A stretch of DNA of 64,000 bases, from the NCBI GenBank assembly GCA_002269645.1, contig NIVC01000408.1, forward strand, positions 1 to 64,000. Direction: 5' to 3'. Shown in pieces: positions 57,380 through 64,000 of this stretch. The DNA is from Macrostomum lignano (lineage: Eukaryota). Within the stretch, counting starts at the first letter, position 1; each line of letters opens with the position of its first letter. Position numbers and translations under genes: made by a program. Below the pieces are notes generated by a model. That model saw only the letters and a program-made list of their open reading frames with translations, did not search any database and was not told the DNA's origin.

Positions 57380-59668
57380 GGCGCTGCTGCTGCTTAGACG
57401 CTGGTACCGCTAGCTTTTTGTGCTTGTGCTCGCTTGTTTAGGTCAAAATCGTTTCTTTGCAAAGCATAAAATATGTGAGATGGGTTTTGTAAAACATCAT
57501 GTAATATATGGATAATGTAATATATTCTATATGCATTTATGTGTAGTGTCTCTAACATGGCAAATATTAGTCCAATATTTAACAAAAAGATAACTTGAGT
57601 TGTCATAAGCAAAAATATATATTTGAATTAATTTTTCTCATTATTATCTCTACATGTAAAAATCGAAATATGGATATATTAGACATTTTTTTAACATTTC
57701 ATATTTTGCCGTTTATAACTACTAAAAATTAACTTACATGTAACTTATTAGCAATGTTTAAGTAAAACTTATAGTTGAATTAGAAAAACTAACAGTTGAA
57801 ACGATAATACATGTATTAGTTGTGACTAAAGTCTAATGCACATATAGTGCATACATTTGGTTATTGTGACCTAGTAACTTTCTAGTGACTATTTCTAAAC
57901 AGTAAAATGTTCCTGTTTGAAATAAGTAGGCCTATTTATTATCATGCAGTCATGTTAGCTACCGAATGTATTACAAACGCAAAAAGTTTTGTAAAACCCT
58001 GAAATTGCTTCAATAGTTGCAGATTTAGTTATATAGAACAAAACGGAGGATATTCGTTCCATCGAACCGGCGTTATGCTTAATCAGAATCAGAGAAGTAT
58101 TTAAGGATTGAATGATTTTAGAAACGGACAAAAATATGGAGCTAATCGATTGGCAAACTGCTGGTCAAAGCAAACTGTAGAATAAAAAGCACAGTTTGAA
58201 GTCTTGTTATCACACAAAGCTCATTATGATATGCAGAAAACTAGCAGTCAGAATCCAGTATTTCCATTATATGATGTTTGCTGCTTGTTTTGCTTGAGTT
58301 TAAAAACGTGTGCACAGTAAAATCCCCATGTTAAATGTATGTTAAATATACGTTGTGTTTATAGTAACTGGCTATTGAAATATTTTTAAAAAAGCTTAAG
58401 TAAATATATTTTACTTTTATGTGTTTTTATCAACTTAAATGATAAGTTCTACATTGGCTGTTAGCATATTTTAAATATTTTGTTGTACCTTTTGCCATTT
58501 ACGAAATAAAATTTATCCGACGTATAGCTTTCTCCAGACTTCAAAAAATGTTTGGCTTATTTACGCTCTCTGAAAGACTTGTGTACGGCTTTTCGCTTTC
58601 ATTTTAAAAATAAGTTTCAAGTGCTAATTCGCACTGTTGTACTTCATGTTGTTTAGCCTTTGAAGTCTTTCAATCGTAATTTTTTATTCACACCTATTAG
58701 TCACTGGAACGGATTTTATTTTTTAAAAATTCTCATGGCTACGCCTTCAGGATGCCCAAATCAGATTTGTGACTATGACTTTTAACTAATATCAAATATT
58801 GTCTTGTTTTTTACTGCTTATGCGAGAGAATTTGGTACATTTATCTTGCGTGTAATAAATTCTGCATGTACAGTTATGTACTGTAACATTGTGGAGCATT
58901 AAATACATTCAGTAGCTGCTTCATGTGTATATGTTTAGTCGGGCCGTCTATAAGAAGCTGCCAAATCGATAAAATTAAATTATACGAATGCAACTACAAA
59001 ATATCTACTACAATGAACTTTTATTTGATGCTCTGTATTACTGTATTTGTAGACAATAAGGAAAATGCACAATAACAAAAATGCATGTACATGTAATCTA
59101 TAAAATATACTCAGTTCATGCATATGCTTTCCTTGAGTATGCATGAATATTTACCCGAAATCGAGTTGACCATCTGCGTAGTTTTTAAGTGCAAGCTTGC
59201 TTTCATTGTGGGCGTAGTGTCTACGAACACTGCAGTTGCAAAAAGTTATATAATTGTATTTTTTCGTCGATATTCTTAACTCGTAGCGCCCATCAGATTA
59301 ATTTGAAAATCAGTTCATGCTTGCACATAAAATTACCAAACATGGGTTGGCGAGCGTAGTTCTATAGAATTTCTATCTTCCTAATGCGTTTGTGCATTCG
59401 TACGACAAACTTGGGTACACCCGTGTCGTGCTGTTCAAATAAATTTTTACGCATACACCTCAATGCAAGGAATCAGCTACGACGAATGCCCGATTGGACC
59501 ATGGGTGCAGCTGTGTGTACTAAACTGATAATTTGTTGGAAGCGGGCGGTCGTGGCGGGAAGTCTCGTACACATGGAACCGCCAAGTAAAGCAAGATAAA
59601 AATGAGCTCGATAAAACCTGACTGGCTTCGAGCAGCCAGTTGAGCATACCGAATTCTGAGCAGGAAAG

Positions 59669-63078
<3,410 letters not shown>

Positions 63079-63389
63079 GTAAGATGAAAGCAATTTTGTC
63101 CACGGCTAAACTCTGACTTTAAGACAATTTACTGCAGTGACAATTGATTGTCTGTGACATTTGACTGCCAGTGACAATTTTACTGTTCTATTTATAAAAT
63201 TAAGATTTGTAGTTATGAATTTTTTTTGGTGAACCAAATGCTCCATCGAAGTGCAGGGGTTATTATTGCTGATAGTCAAGTTTCACTGGCAGTGAAATCG
63301 CTGGCAGTAAAATTCAGGCAAATGAAATGACGATATCCCATGAACTTGTCTTATTTGTTCTAAAAATAGACCAATTGTCCGCAGCTGAA

Positions 63390-63650
63390 TGCACATAGAT
63401 GTACAGTCAATCGGCAACAAACCTCTTACCGTCAGTCGTTATTTTAAAAATAGCCCTCCTAGTGCTGTTAAGTGTTCGTCTCCTAAATGTACATTGATGT
63501 ACATGCACTCGTAAACAAACCTCCTACCGTTAGTCGTCATTCTAAAAATAGCCCTCCTAGTGCTGTTAAGTGTTCGTCTCCTAAATGTACATTGATGTAC
63601 ATGCACTCGAAAACAAACCTCCTACTGTCGTCAGGTTATTCTAAAAATCG
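63390..63650. repeat. ~100-bp direct repeat, 2-3 copies
   Basis: AAAAATAGCCCTCCTAGTGCTGTTAAGTGTTCGTCTCCTAAATGTACATTGATGTACATGCACTCG occurs twice. Confidence 0.8.
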
Positions 63651-64000
63651 CACTCTTAGACCGGTTAAGAGTTTGCTTGGTGTACAAATTGGTGTACAAA
63701 TTGGTGTACATACGAGCTGAATAGTCATTTTAACGGTTCTAAAAATGACTCGTACCAGAGTATATATCTCTTTACCAAATTTATAATCCAATTATGCTCG
63801 TAATTGCTATTCACGCCTGCTCCTCATTTTTCTATCTCAAATTTGCAGTTGTTAAAAGTTTTAGTATCAAAGCGACGCAACCCTCCATTTTACCGAGCTT
63901 AATAGGTTAATTAAGCAGTCATTTATTGCGTTAATATTTCAGAGTCGTTTTGTCCAACGCCTAATAATGATTATACTGCACCTTCTGATAATGACTTTCG

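Overview
This is animal genomic DNA, not prokaryotic: GC-rich exons, spliceosomal introns, and almost every large intron filled by its own minisatellite. The style recalls a repeat-rich flatworm such as Macrostomum, but that is only a guess. Most long ORFs in the track are read-throughs of tandem repeats. Gene models traced by hand from splice sites and frame continuity: (1) a disrupted Tob/BTG-like N-terminal fragment (-, 74-184); (2) a complete 10-exon aromatic L-amino-acid decarboxylase (+, 2582-9558, 485 aa) with one GC-AG intron and an unusual NPGK PLP motif; (3) a Not/Noto homeobox gene (-, 10275-12678); (4) a short, apparently kinase-less Ack/TNK2-derived gene (-, 19538-20485) with a myristoylation-like start, a Mig6-homology segment and a UBA region; (5) a 33-exon gene (-, 25124-57379, ~3,683 aa) for a giant ROCO protein; (6) the 5' part of an inactive/osm-9-type TRPV channel (+, from 59669, runs off the window). 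The ROCO protein is the most striking feature. It starts with a histone H3 tail copy (MARTKQTARK). It then carries a Roc-less COR-like region, a Cys-rich motif, SPRY, LRRs, Roc-COR and tandem TIRs (only the second keeps the catalytic-position Glu), and ends in a polybasic CaaX box. Also present: two tRNA-headed SINE families, a CRE/CCAAT cluster, an AP-1-site satellite, and minisatellites that amplify 5' splice donors. No CRISPR, rRNA or intact transposase was seen.
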